From the human T2T-CHM13v2.0 reference genome, Homo sapiens, in assembly GCF_009914755.1 (NCBI RefSeq), contig NC_060928.1: 64,000 nt of DNA; one strand, written 5' to 3'. How positions within the stretch are numbered: the stretch's first letter is position 1; the number at the start of each line of letters is the position of its first letter. The translations under genes and the position numbers were made by a program. The notes beneath the pieces are model-generated. The model was given only the letters and a program-made list of their open reading frames with translations, was not told the DNA's origin and made no database searches. Of the stretch, positions 38,865-53,641 are shown one piece after another.

Positions 38865-39544
38865 AAATGCAATACTCTATTTTATTCAAGTAAATAATTA
38901 CAAAATGTGCTAATTCAATAAAATTAATAAAAGTGTGGTATTTTATTTCTATAGACATAAATCCAGAAGATTATGCTGAAAACATTAACCATGCTTTATT
39001 AAAAGAGATCACGTTGTGGATGATTTTTATTTATCCTTTAGAATTGTCTGCATTTTTAAAAAAAGTCTCTACAGTGAATTATATAGACTACTTAGTTTAT
39101 GAAAATTATGAAAACAAAATTTACTGGAGACAAGAACTTATTCACGACAACCACAAAAACTTAAAATATCCAAGAGTGACTTCAATGGGAGAAAAATTAA
39201 ACTTAAAATCAGATAAATGTTAAGTGTATATGAATAATAAAGAGGATGAGGATGAAGATGAGAAGGAGAAGAGAAGAAGAAATGGTGAAGTAAATTTTAG
39301 CACACCGATAAACGTAATGCCACACACATATTTGTTTAAATAATTTAGGGCTTACTACCTAGGAAAAATGCTATAATATTAAGAATAGCAACAAAATATA
39401 CAATTTTACTTAAAGAGTAATATAAATTTTATTCATGTGCTGATGTGAAATAAAAAAGAACTTTAACAGTAGCCTCTAAGTGGTATTTTCATATTTGACT
39501 GGTTTTCCTTTTATTTAGTTTTTGAAAATATTTTCCAATACAGA

Positions 39545-39656
39545 TACGGACTGTATTTGGAGACCCCTATCCAATTACAGTCATATTCTGAGGTGTACTA
39601 GGAATTAGGACTTCAACATATAAATTTGGAAGGGTGACACAATTCAGGCCAAACAT
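39545..39656 (-). mobile_element. MLT1A/B-like MaLR LTR fragment
   Basis: cagtcatattctgaggt..aggacttcaacatataaattt..gacacaattcag. Confidence 0.6.
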
Positions 39657-40029
39657 CTGGTATGTTCCCCATTTAATTTGGAGAGCCCCAAGGAAATGAA
39701 GCATCTGTTTATTATCAAATCTGCTCAGGTCTCGTGCTCCCTAAGTGAGGACCAACATCTAAAGATGGATTTATGAGCTACAGACCACCAGGGGCACGGC
39801 TGTCATTGCCCTACATGGCACTCCTTCCTTTCCCATAATGCTGTCCCCCAGACACCTCCATACCGAACACAAAACTGTAATGATTTCCCATGAACAAGAC
39901 TTCTGGGAGATTTGTCAAAATTGGGGAAAATGTTCTTTTATAAGGCTCAGACCCAGCCTATGAGGCCAGCTTCAGAAATATCTTTTTCCTGGCTCGTCCT
40001 GCCCTTGTGATGCATTGAACCATTGTTGT

Positions 40030-40475
40030 TTTCCTTTATTACTCTGCACCAATATCCATACTATACCTCAGAATGGAAGAGTATACTTCCCTGATCCTTG
40101 ACATTAGGCTTGGCCATATGACTTTCCTTGGTCAGGGGATATTGGCCTATGTGACAGAGGTAGAGGCCTTAAATGACCTTACAAGATTTGGCTTGTTTCT
40201 TGTGTCCCAGGGATCTGCCGTGAGAAGAGCTTCTCCTAGTAACTGATGCCCTATCAACCTGGTGTCTATAACAAACACTCGTGGGGTAAATTGACACCCA
40301 ACCTACCTGGAGACAGGTCCAGCTGACCCACAGTCTGAAGTAGATTGCCCAGAGGAGCCAGCTTAGATTAGCCAAACTGCATTCAGCCTCCTGAGCATGT
40401 GAATCAATGCTTCTTGTTCTAAGCCATTGAGTTTTAGAGTGGTTTGTTACATAATGTTATTGTTGGTCATGGCCA
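40030..40475 (+). mobile_element. MLT1 (I/J-like) MaLR LTR
   Basis: ggcttggccatatgactt..tgcttcttgttctaagccattgagttttagagtggtttgttac. Confidence 0.65.
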
Positions 40476-41779
40476 ACTGATACCATATGGGAGAAATGCA
40501 CACAACTGTCATCCTCAGGTCCTTTCCACCATCCATGTAAAGAAAACGAACCAAATAGACAACTGGGAGCCATCTGTTCATCGGTTCTTAAGACATACTC
40601 AGATTCTAGAGTCAAATTTACTGTCCAAATTAGTCTCAGTGAGGAATGCTGTTTCATAGTACTTCATTATTGAAGGTGAATGTCTCTGGTTACTATGAGT
40701 TCATAACATATCCAGGGACTCATACAGCTTACTAGGCTTAGAAGGTACAATAGAGGCCATACTATAACTCTCTTCAATGATGCAATATCCTAGGCACAGA
40801 AAGGAAAAGTTACTGACAGGAGGCCACACCATAAGACAGTGTCAGGCTTGGGTCCTCTGTCCCCTAACCCAGCACTCTTCTATTGCAACTTTCATGATTT
40901 GTAGTTGGGTATTAGGAAAAGCATCTTGTGATTTTTTTTTTCTGAAAGCTTCCTAAATAGCAACAAACTTGTCTAGATATTTCCTGATTAATGATGTCAA
41001 TTATCATTTTATTTTTGTAGCTTCTTTCAGGGTCAATAAGATGATTTTGACACAGATTTTGATGTGAAACGTAACTCGAAAGGAGTATCTTAGTGAAAGA
41101 GAGTAAAATCCATTGAGGATAATAAACTACACCAAATAAAGAGATCTATAAAGAGATCTGAGAACCTCTGAACAGTCATTTACTTAAATCTGTTCAGTTA
41201 TTCTCCATGCTAATGTGTCATGTTAACCAGGAAGATGTACCAAAAGATTCTTATTAATAGTATTTGCTTCCTGTCAAGTTTTAATATTTTCAGTCGCTGA
41301 AAAAAAATGATAGAATTCTTGGGGGTGGAGGAGATAATGCTCATATTCTTCCAGGGGAAAATTCAACAATACAAAGCAAAATATACATCTCTGTGAAGGA
41401 ATTATTTGCTGTTATTTGTATTTTTCTACAAATTCTGAAAGCGTAGAATTAAACCCTGAAGACATAGTAATGGGGTAAAGAAGCAAAATTATTAAGCAAG
41501 GTTGGTTTCATATTCACAGGCAGAATAAAGTTCAAGGTTTGCATGTAGGTTTACCTTTCTTTCAGTGCAAGGCACTATTGCCTGGTTTTATGAGCTCAGA
41601 TTCTGTAGTCAGACTGTCTGCACCTGATCTTAGACTATGCAACTATTACTTGAATCATCAGAGTAAACTGTTTAACCTCTGTTTGACAGGTTTCTTCATC
41701 TGTAGGCTGAAGGGAATAATGATAATATCTATTACAGAGAGTTTTTTAAAGGATTAAACTGACTCTACAGGTAATTTTT

Positions 41780-42180
41780 CTTTAGTTGTACTTGAGATAC
41801 ATAAACAAGCAAAAGTAAAAAGATCTTTGCAATCATGAAGCTTATATTCTAGAAATCATAGCCAGACAAAGAAGAAACAAGAACCCTAATAAATCAGTAA
41901 TGATATACCGTGTACTAGAAAATAATAAGCATGGTGGGAAAAGCAAAAGTTGAACAGAGTAAAGCAAAAGTTGAACAGAGTAAAGAAAACCAAGTGTGCT
42001 GCAGGGAGGGGTGGGTTGCAATATTAAATAAACGGATGGACGACACTTCATTGAGAGAATGTCTTTTGTGCAATGACCTGAAGAAAGGGATGGAAAAGTC
42101 ATGCATGTATCTGCAGAGAACATTCATAGATGAGAGAATTAGCTTAAACCTCTAAGATGGGAGCAGGAGAACGTTAGAAT
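41780..42180 (-). mobile_element. L2 3' fragment
   Basis: aaacaagcaaaagtaaaaagatctttgcaatcatgaagcttatattctag..gttgcaatattaaata. Confidence 0.6.
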
Positions 42181-42532
42181 GTGGAAACTGAGTCTCAAGA
42201 AAGTTAAATGCCTTGCTTAAGTTTACATGAATCCAGGAGAAAGAGTATTTTGAGAGCCTGGAGTATAACGAACAAGAATAAATGTCTTCAGTTCTCAGAA
42301 AACTCACATAATCACCATCTCCTAAGTATGAGATTCCCCATGAGATCCACTCTGATAATGTATACACCATACAATAAATGAATGCACTGATCTTGTAGGA
42401 CAGTCCTTTTCAAGAATGTTCAAGATAATTTGAGTTGCTGGACACTCATGATTATCTTCTTCAAGGTTTTAGTCTCAGAAGGGTGAACCCAAATGCTCAG
42501 CAGTCCTTCTGGCCCAATAAACAGTTTCCCAC

Positions 42533-43413
<881 letters not shown>

Positions 43414-43659
43414 CTCACTCATCTTACTAGAGACCCATTTAAAGTAAGTTGTATAGGAGGGAACCGAGGCAGTCATAGGAGTATACGAGTTAGATCTACT
43501 ACAAGACAGAATCTGCAAGTGTGGACTTCAACTTCTGAAGACATGGTAGTGGGATAGAGAAGCAAAATTATTAAGCAGGGTAGGCTTAAGGCAATATGAA
43601 GTTCACAGAGTTTTGGTTCATTACACTACTGTACAGAGCATAGTGAACCAAAACTACCA

Positions 43660-44032
43660 GGTCCCAGAAGCTGGGGATCCATTCAGTGTTCCCACTGCTC
43701 CCCACATTTGAACTCCTAGCCAATGTCTGAGCAATGACTGATGATATTAAAGCAGAGACATTTCTGCTTAATGTGGGACTCCTCTTTGGGACTCCCTATG
43801 AACCTGGCTGAGATTTTCTCACAGTTCCATAGCAGTTCGAGTCTCTTCCTTCATTCCCTCTGTCTTATTCCTAGTGTCAGATAGTCATTGTGGTCTAAGT
43901 CATTTCTCTCTTAGCAGAAAAAAAGAGTTTTTGTTCTGCTCTCCTTTATTCTTCATTGGTGCCTCCCCCAGTAAATCTCATGCCTTTCATTCTATCTTGG
44001 TATCAGCTTCCCTGACAACTCAAATTGACACA
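43660..44032 (+). mobile_element. ERVL LTR fragment, LTR40-like
   Basis: 3' end ctcccccagtaaatctcatgc..tcttggtatcagcttc..aattgacaca resembles the recalled LTR40; 5' boundary uncertain. Confidence 0.5.
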
Positions 44033-45183
44033 AGGACCTTTTGATACTTTTGCAATTGTTCTTAACTGAAATTTCAGCATCAGCGCAGGCTGAAAGGCAG
44101 TCTTATATAGTGGGAAACACACGAAGAGTCAGCAGAGCAACGTTCATCCCCAACTCTGCTACTACCAATAATCCCTGTTAACACTGATCATGTTCCTATC
44201 TCCCTCGAGCTTTCTTTTGGTTAAAATGAGAGTGTTGAATTAGATGATCTTTGAGTTTTTTTCTTTTCCTTTATTTTTTTCACTAAATGTAAAAAAAGAA
44301 GCAAATACTAAACATGACAAAAATAAGCACAGTATAAAAGTAAGGAGTATATACAACTGAGAGAGAAACAAGAAAATAGACAAGTAGAACTAATGAAAGG
44401 GCCAGGAAAAAAAAAAAAACACAATACTTTATTGGTCACTGCAAACAGTCCTGGTTTCCATCCTGACACTTTTCTTTTTTTTTTTTTTTTTTCATTTATT
44501 GGAACTAGTGTTTATTTAGCTGCTATAGTTACAACAGGCTCGCTTTAAGCCATCCCATTCTACTAGGGATTTCAGATGGTAAAATCCCCAGGGTTTATCT
44601 AAGGTGAAGACAAGTTTTCCGTTCTTTTCTTTTTCCTTGTGTGGTCCCCATGGACCCAGTCTGCTTTTCCTTCCTCTTTAACTATAGACACTACACAGTC
44701 ATTCCCTTGGGGCTCCTTTCCCTCCCACATTTGCCTCCTCAGTGGTTTATCCTTTCTCCAGCTCAAAATTTTCTTGGTGCATTCAAAAACAAATATATAT
44801 CCTTTTGGTTTTCAAGTTTTTACTGCATATTCCTTTGGGGAAACAGTCAGAAGATAATACAAGGACAAACACAGGGGCATTTGGAGTTTTAAGAAATCTT
44901 ACAAAGTTTATAGTTTCACTGTGCATGGTCTGTAGTCCTTGCTGCTGTGACTTCTATACATAAAGGCACATTGGATTCCAAGTCTTTTCTCAGTGTTTCC
45001 TCCAGTTTCCATTTCCCTTTGATGCATTCCTTTCTCTAACTCTGCAGACCCACTTCTCCACAAAGCACCTTCTTCCTGGTTGAAAAAAAAGGTGGGATCC
45101 TGAAGAGAAACACATAGAGATAAAACATGTCCATTCATATGCCCACTAGAATAAAATATGTGCTAGTATATAGATAAAAAAAG

Positions 45184-46097
<914 letters not shown>

Positions 46098-48076
46098 AAG
46101 ACACAATAACCAGAACATGGTTAAAAAGAATGCATTCAGTTCAATTGTGATATTCTGAAGTTATTGTTCTCATTCCCCGCCTAGATACCTGATATGGTTC
46201 TTTTGGTCTCTCTATTTTTTTTTTTTTTTTTTTTTTTTAGTTTTTTCATTCTAAAACCAGAAGTTTGGCTTATTGTCATCTCATAGACTCCTGATATATC
46301 ATCTTTTCATTTAACCCACCTATGGTTGTTTTCTTTTCCTTGCAGTTGATGGATATAAGCTGATTCTGTACACCTTTGTACTGATATGGTATCAGTGAAA
46401 TACATGAACTAGAAAGCATGCTTCTAGTAATGGTAACAAGAGGTCTTTCTAAAATCTCCATTCCCTGCAGTTATTGGACTGAAATTTCTGGCAAGGATAA
46501 ATTTATTATGTTAGGTAGCATAGAAACCCAAAGCAAATGGGACACAGAACAATTGTATATTAATGAAGGGGAAAAAAAGGAAATTACTAAAAAACACAGA
46601 TTAGATATAGTTTTTCACACTTTGAGTTGAAGTGTCTCGTCTAAAGTTCCCAGACATCATTTGGAGCCACAGAATCTATTAGGAATTTCTTTTACGTGTA
46701 ATACAATGGTCTTGTTAGTTTCTAAGTTAATTGATGTTTGGACTCTTTTTGAATAAAATAAATTTAGTGTTGACTTGGTTAAATTATTTCTTTGATACAT
46801 ACAAATAGAAAACTAGCTCTAAACCCATTAGTTTATTGCTGTTATATAACTTTAAAAAGCTTTACACTTCAGTAAAAAGAAAGCTATAAGCCCAATTGAT
46901 TGTTTTACTGTAAAATGTTAATTTAGTGTGATAAACTCTGATGTTGCCGCTATATGACATGGTCTACTTCAGTGTCCTCTTGCTTCAGCGTGCCAGATGA
47001 AAAGATAATTCTTCCAAAGCACATTTTATACTATCAGTCCTTAGTGGGACATATCATGATATCATTTTGTGTGAAGGTATAATTCCCATATTTAGTATTT
47101 TTTTAATGATCATAAAAGAATATTCAGTGTTAATAATAAAACTAAGTTTAAATACAGTGACTACACTTCTGTATCACTCAGGGTTCTAGAGGGACATAAC
47201 TAATAGAATGTATGTATAAGTGTATATATGAAAGGGAGTTTATTAAGGAGAATTCACTCACATGATCACAAGGTAAAGTCCCATGATAGGCTGTCTGCAA
47301 GCTGAGGAGCAAGAAAGCCAGTGGTGGATCAGTCTGAGTCCCAGAACCTCAAAAGTAGGAAAGCCAATAGTACAGCCTTCAGTCTGTGGCCAAAGGCAGG
47401 AGAGCCCCTGGCAAACCACGAGTCTAAGCCTAAGAGTCCAAAAACTAAAGAACTGGGAGTCTGATGTGTGAGGGCAGGAAGCATCTAGAAAAAGAGAAAG
47501 ATGAAGACTGGAAGACTCTAATTCTGCTCTTCTATCTTCTCCTGCTTGCTTTATTCTAGCCACGCTGGCAGCTGATTAGATGGTGTACACCGTCTAATCA
47601 GAATGAGGGTGGGCTTGCCTCTCCCAGCCCAGTGAATCAAATGTTAATCTCCTTTAGCAACACCCTCACAGACACACTCAGGAACAATACTTTGCATCCT
47701 TCAATCCAATCAAGTTGACACTCAATATTAACCATCACAAGTTCATCTGTTCAACTTGAACCCATATGAATGTCCTGAAATAATACATAATCCTCAAATA
47801 AAGACAATAATAAGCTCCTAATTATGCCTAACGTAATACAGCTATCCTTCGCACAACTGGAAGCACACTAATCCTTAACCTAAATGCTATTACATAAAGT
47901 TATCAACACTTTAAATGCTGATATGAAGTCAATAAATCTTATGTCACATGATAAAGGAAATAAAATGAAGATATTTTCTTATTACAGGTGTATAAATGCA
48001 CAAATATGTTCTTAACAAAAGAAAAAGGAAATACTCATGACAATTACAGTCATTGTTTCTGCAACTGGTCACATGG

Positions 48077-48874
48077 TCATAGCTGGTATTGATAACTACC
48101 ATCTTCTACTACCCATTCTGTATTCCCTTTGCCTTCAAAAAGCACCTCAGCTGGTTGTGGTTTTCTACCTGATGGAGGGACCCAAACCTTCATTCCTGAA
48201 GGGTCTGGGCCATTTGTAGTCCTGCTTGGATTGGGCTGTTGCAGTTTTCCATTGACCTTAATCACAGAGCATGGTAATACTAAGAGATGCCTTAATGGAT
48301 CTCCTGTATTCCATGCATACTCTTCCTTACCTCCACTGTGGAGTAGTAGACTGATTTCATCTTCATAGTTCAGGTCAGTCACCCCAGCCAACACTGTAAA
48401 TCTCTTCTTAGCCTGTTGACTTAGAGATAGGAGAAGCCCAACATGTCCAGGTGGCAATTGTAATTTCCAGTTTAATGGAATCATTGTGTCTACTGGTGGC
48501 AGCATTCTTCCCTCTGGAACTAGGCCAGCAGAACATAATGTTGTCAGAACAGGCAGCAAAAATTTTGCTAGTGGGTCACTAAAGGTGATGTTAAATGGTG
48601 CCATTTCCAATTTCACCCCTTGATTCCTGGACCTGTGAATTCCGACTGTGAGGGAAACAGCACCATATATTTGACGCTGATTCAGAGCATACATGGCCTT
48701 TTGGAGAACTTCGCGCCAGCCCTGCAAAGTATTGTCACCTAGTTGGTTTGGTAATTGTGATTTCAAAAGGCCATTCCACCTTTCTATCAAACCATTTGCT
48801 TCAGGGTGATGGGGAACATGGTAAGACCAGTGAATTCCATGAGCATGAGCCCACCGCCACACTTCTTTAGCCAT
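48077..48874 (-). pseudogene. HERV-L integrase C-terminal half plus dUTPase, 265 uninterrupted codons
   Basis: HHPEANGLIERWNGLLK (integrase) followed by IPLNWKLQLPPGHVG..LAGVTDLNYEDEI (degenerate dUTPase motifs). Confidence 0.85.
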
Positions 48875-51800
48875 AAAGTGAGTGCCTTGGTCAGAGGCAA
48901 TGCTGTGTGGAATACCATGACAGTGGATAAGGCATTCTGTGAATCCACAGATTGTAGTCTTGGCAGAAGCATTGTGTGCAGGATAGGCAAACCCATATCT
49001 GGAGTAAGTGTCTATTCCAGTGAGGACAAACCACTGCCCTTTCTATGATGAACAGGCCCAACATAATCAACCTGTCACCAAGCAGCTTTCTAATCACCCG
49101 AAGGAATGGTGCCATATCGAAGGCTCAGTGTTTGTCTCTGCTGCTGCCATTGGGCACTCAGCAGCGGCCATAGCAAAGTCAGCCTTGGTGAGTGGAAGTC
49201 CATGTTGCTGATCCCACGTGTAACCTCTGTCATTGCCACCATGGCCACTTTGTTCATGGGCCCATTAAGCAATGGCGACAGGGGTGGCTGGGGAAAGAGG
49301 CTGAGTAGTGTTCACAGAATAAGTCATCCTATCCACTTGATTATTAAAATCCTCTTCTGTGGAGGTCACCCTTTGGTGAGCACACACATGAGATACAAAT
49401 ATCTACAGAGTTGACCACTTAGAGAGTTCCATCCACGTACCTCTTCCCCAAATTTCTTTGTCGCCAATTTTTCAATCATGCTTCTTTCAAGTCCCTGACC
49501 ATCCAGTCAAACCATTGGCTACAGCCCAAGAATCAGTACATAATCACACATGTGGCCATTTCTCCTTGCAAGCAAAGTGCAAAAACAGATGCAGTGCTTG
49601 AAGTTCTGCCCATTGTAAAAATTTCCTTTTGCCACTGTCTTTCAGGGATGTCCTAGAAAAGGCCTGTAGTGCTGTAGCTGTCCAATTTCTGGTTATGCCT
49701 GCATATTATGCAGACCATCTGTGAAACAGGCCCTAGCCTTCTCTTGCTTTGTCAGCTGATCATAGGAAACTCCCCATGAGGCCACTGGTGCAGGCTTAGG
49801 GAGAGAAGGCAGAGTGGTAGGAGTGGAGACCATGGGCATTTGAGCCACTTTCTTATGTAACTTACTTGTGCCCTCAGGAACAGCTCAAGCCTGATCATAC
49901 CACTTCCATTTGATAAAGGAATGCTGCTGTATACACCTACTTTATGGCTAGACAGTTCAGAAAGCACTCAGTTCATGATAGGCAGTTCAGGTCACATGGA
50001 GACTTGATGACCTGATCGTCAAATGTTCAGCATCTACCACAGCCCAGTAACAGGCCAAGAGCTGTATTTCAAAAGAAGAGTTGTTATTTGCAGAAGATGG
50101 CAGGGCCTTGCTCCAAAATTCTAAAGGCCTCCACTGTGATTCACCTACGGGGGCCTACCAAACAGCATCCCTATCTGCCATTGACACCTCAAACACATTG
50201 GATCTACTTAGTCATATGGCCCAAGTTGCAGAGAAATTTGAACAGTAACCTGGACCTGTTGCAGAGTCTTCTATTCTGGACCCAACTCAAAATTGGCAGC
50301 TTTTAGGGTCACTGAATAAATGTGCCAGTAACAGACCCAAATGAGGATTGTGTTTCCTCCAAAATCTAAATAGGCTCACTAGACGTTACGCCTCTTTTTT
50401 TTTTCTTTTTTTGAGATGGAGTCTCACTCTGTCACCCAGGCTGTCACCATTGGCATGGTCTCAGCTCACTGCAACCTCTGCCTCCCAGGTTCAAGCAATT
50501 CTTCTGCCTCAGCCTGCTGAGTAGCTGGGACTACAGGTGTGTGGCACCACACCTGGCTAATTTTTGTGTTTTTGTTTGTTTGTTTTTTGTTTTTTGTTTT
50601 TTAAGTAGAGATGGGGTTTCACTCTGTTGGCCAGGCTGGTCTCAATCGCCTAACCTCATGATCCACCTGCCTCTGCTTCCCAAAGTGCTGGGATTACAGG
50701 GGTGAGCCACAGCGCCCAGCCAATGTTATGTCTCTTCCTTGGTTTTAGGAGGGGCCAAATGCAGCAACTTATCCTTCACCTTAGAAGGAATATCTTGACA
50801 AGCCCCATACCACTGAACCCCGAGACATTTTACTGAGGTAGAAGTTCCGTGAATTTTAGTCAGATTTATTTCCCATCCTCTCACGCGCAGATGTCTCACT
50901 GGTAAGTTCAGTGTGTTGCTACTTCTTGCTCACTCTATCCAATCAGCATAATGTCATCAATGTAATGGACCAGTGTGATATCTTGTGGGAGGGAAAAGAG
51001 GTCAAGATCTCTGCTAACTAGATTATGACACTGAACTGGAGAGTTGATATACCCCTGAGGTGGACAGTGATTGTATATTACTGGCTTTGCCAGCTGAAGG
51101 CAAATTGGCAAATTGCTTCTGGGGGACCTTATGGACAGGAATGGAGAAAAAATGATTTGCCAAATCAATGGCTGCATACCAGGTGCCAGGAGATGTGTTA
51201 ATTTGCTTAAGCAATGAAACCACATCTGATACAGCAGCTGCAATTGGAATCATCACTTAGTTAAACTTAGGATAATCCATGGTCAATTTCCAAGATCCAT
51301 CTGTCTTCTGCAATGACCAAATAGGAGAATTGAAAGGGATGTGATGGGAAACACCACCCCGTATCTTTCAAGTCCTCGATGGTGGCACTAATCTCCACAG
51401 TCCCTCTAGGGATGTGACCTTGTTTTTGCCTTACTAGTTTTCTACGTAGAGACAGCTCTAATGGCTTTTATTTGACATTTCCCACCATAATAGTCTTCAT
51501 CCTACCAGTTAGAGAGCCAGTGTGGGGTTCTGCCAGCTGCTAAGCACATCTATGCCAACTCTGCATTCTGGCACTGGGGAAATGGCTACAAGATGAGTCC
51601 AGGGACCCATCAGACCTACTGTCTGTTGGACCTGAGCTAAAACCCCATTAATTCCCTGACCTCCATAAGCCCCTACTTTAACTGGAGGAGCACAGTGACA
51701 TTTTGGAGTCCCTGGAATCAGCGTCAGCTCATGGTCAGCATCCAGTAGTCCCCCAAAAGTCTGATAATTCCCCTTTATCCAAGGGGAATGTTACTGTGGT

Positions 51801-51990
51801 AAAAGGCCAGAGGTCTCCTTGGGGAAAGATGGCAGAAAGATCACTGCATGAATTGTTGGCAGTGTAGTGGGCTCCTTCCTCAAAGAGGCATGATCTCCCC
51901 TTCATTCGAGGCATTCTGTGTCTGTAAACTGGCTCGAGTCTGGAAATTGATTGAGGGGCCCAAGATTCTCTGTTTTTATAATTCAAATTA
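48875..51990 (-). pseudogene. pol: HERV-L pro/RT/RNase H/IN N-terminus remnant, interrupted by an Alu
   Basis: [10 protein letters not shown] (RT YIDD) and [15 protein letters not shown]; multiple frameshifts. Confidence 0.9.
50397..50721 (-). mobile_element. AluS (Sg/Sc-like) inserted into HERV-L pol
   Basis: Dimer with expanded middle tract; decayed 15-bp TSD gacgttacgcctctt / aatgttatgtctctt. Confidence 0.92.
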
Positions 51991-52019
51991 GTATTTTGTC
52001 CACTCAGCCTGGAAGTTTT

Positions 52020-53641
52020 TTACTTATATAATTTAAGTAAGAATGCAGTAAGCTTCCTACCAATTTCACTTCTAGAAACACCATTATTAATTAGCCAATA
52101 CCAGAGCTGTGCATGAGTCAGACTATTCTGATTGCTGCTTTGTCTCTGCTGTCCATTATGGTAGCTATGCCCACTTTGCCTTTGAGGGTTGAGTGCCACC
52201 ACTTGGCCCCTGATACCTTGGGATCCAATTATTCCCCTTACATTTAAATTTCGTAGTTGAGTGACTGCAGTTCCCACTGTAAGAACTGGCATACAGAAAA
52301 GAGCCATCACAGAGCTCTTCGAGGATGCAGATGCTGCCCTCTCAAATCTATTTCATAAGATATTGTTGAAGGGTATGTCTTCTGGACCCTCCCAGCTGGG
52401 ATGAGTAAGTCTAAAGTAAGTAATCCACTCCAGCATCCAAATCTCCGTAAGCCTTTGGATCCCTTCCTCTGCATTAAACCAATGGAGGTCAGGCATTTCC
52501 AGCTCACTCACAGTGAAGTGAGCTTTTAATCCATATTCGAGCTAACCAAGCAAATAAACTATTATAACCTTTTTAACTCCCCAAACTGCAACATTTAATG
52601 CAGAGTCCCTACTTAGTGGGGCCATATCAATAAATTCAGCCTGATCCAACTTTATGTTCCTTCCACCATTATCCCACACCCTTAATATCCATTCCAATGC
52701 CTGCCCTCCAGATTTCTGCTTATATAAATTAGTAAACTCAAACATTCTTTCAGAGTATAGTGCACCTCCTTGTGGGACACACTCTGAGCCTTACCTCTAG
52801 TGGCCTGCTGGGACTTGAGTCTAGTTATAGGTCTAGAAGCAGACAGAGGTGTTGGGGGTGGTTCCTGAGGAGATTCGGCATTGTCTTGCCTATCAAGTGC
52901 CTCAGGGGAGGCCATCACTGTTGCCCTAGGCAGTACATGGTTAATCTCCTCAGACAAAGGTGGGAAAGCTGATGGCAGCATGGGTGATGAAGGCGATGTT
53001 CTACCACTGGGTGTGGGGAGGCTGTTTCCTCTGGCAAAAAAGTCTATCAGAATTTAGGACCTCGGTGCCCCCAGCCTCATCAGGGTCCTCTCACAGGGCC
53101 CCATTCCAGGTTGCAGGGTCCCAATCTTACTAATCAATGCTCTCACTTTAGCAGTGGACACATGGCGAAGCTATATGTACATCTTTTGTTGCAGATCAGC
53201 CACTTACACAATAAGAGCTTGTGTCTGATTTTCCACCGTTTCAGCCCTTTCTCTTCGGGAGATAAGACTCTTACTCAGGGCAGTCTTAGAAGATTTGAGG
53301 CTCAGTATGTGCTTCTGGAGCTGAAAGACAGAATCTCTAAGTTCATCATTTTCTTTCATCCCTTTGTCCGCTGAACTTAGGAGCAACCAAACAACTTCAT
53401 TATATTCCTTTGTTCTCTGCATATGGTCAAAGGTATGTATAAAGTCGCTAAACTCATTGTCTCTCACGAGCGGTGAATCAGGAGTATCAAATGCATTTAT
53501 TTTGTATAACTCTGTAACCAGTTCACCCCAAGAACTATCAGTGTTCTCCATGCTATTAGAAGTAGAGTCCTTAGCATTTTGGGGTCTAATCATATTAAGC
53601 AGCCAACTCCAGAAACCCCCAAAACAACTAAAAATCTCCAT
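52020..53641 (-). pseudogene. gag: HERV-L gag remnant
   Basis: ORF pieces of 145, 99, 67 and 96 aa colinear with provirus 1 gag (KENDELRDS; LYKQKSGGQALEWILRVWDNGG). Confidence 0.9.

Noticed and set aside
46215-46240. Isolated poly-T tract (another at ~33205-33224) as a retro-insertion
   Set aside because: No element body, polyA signal or TSD found.
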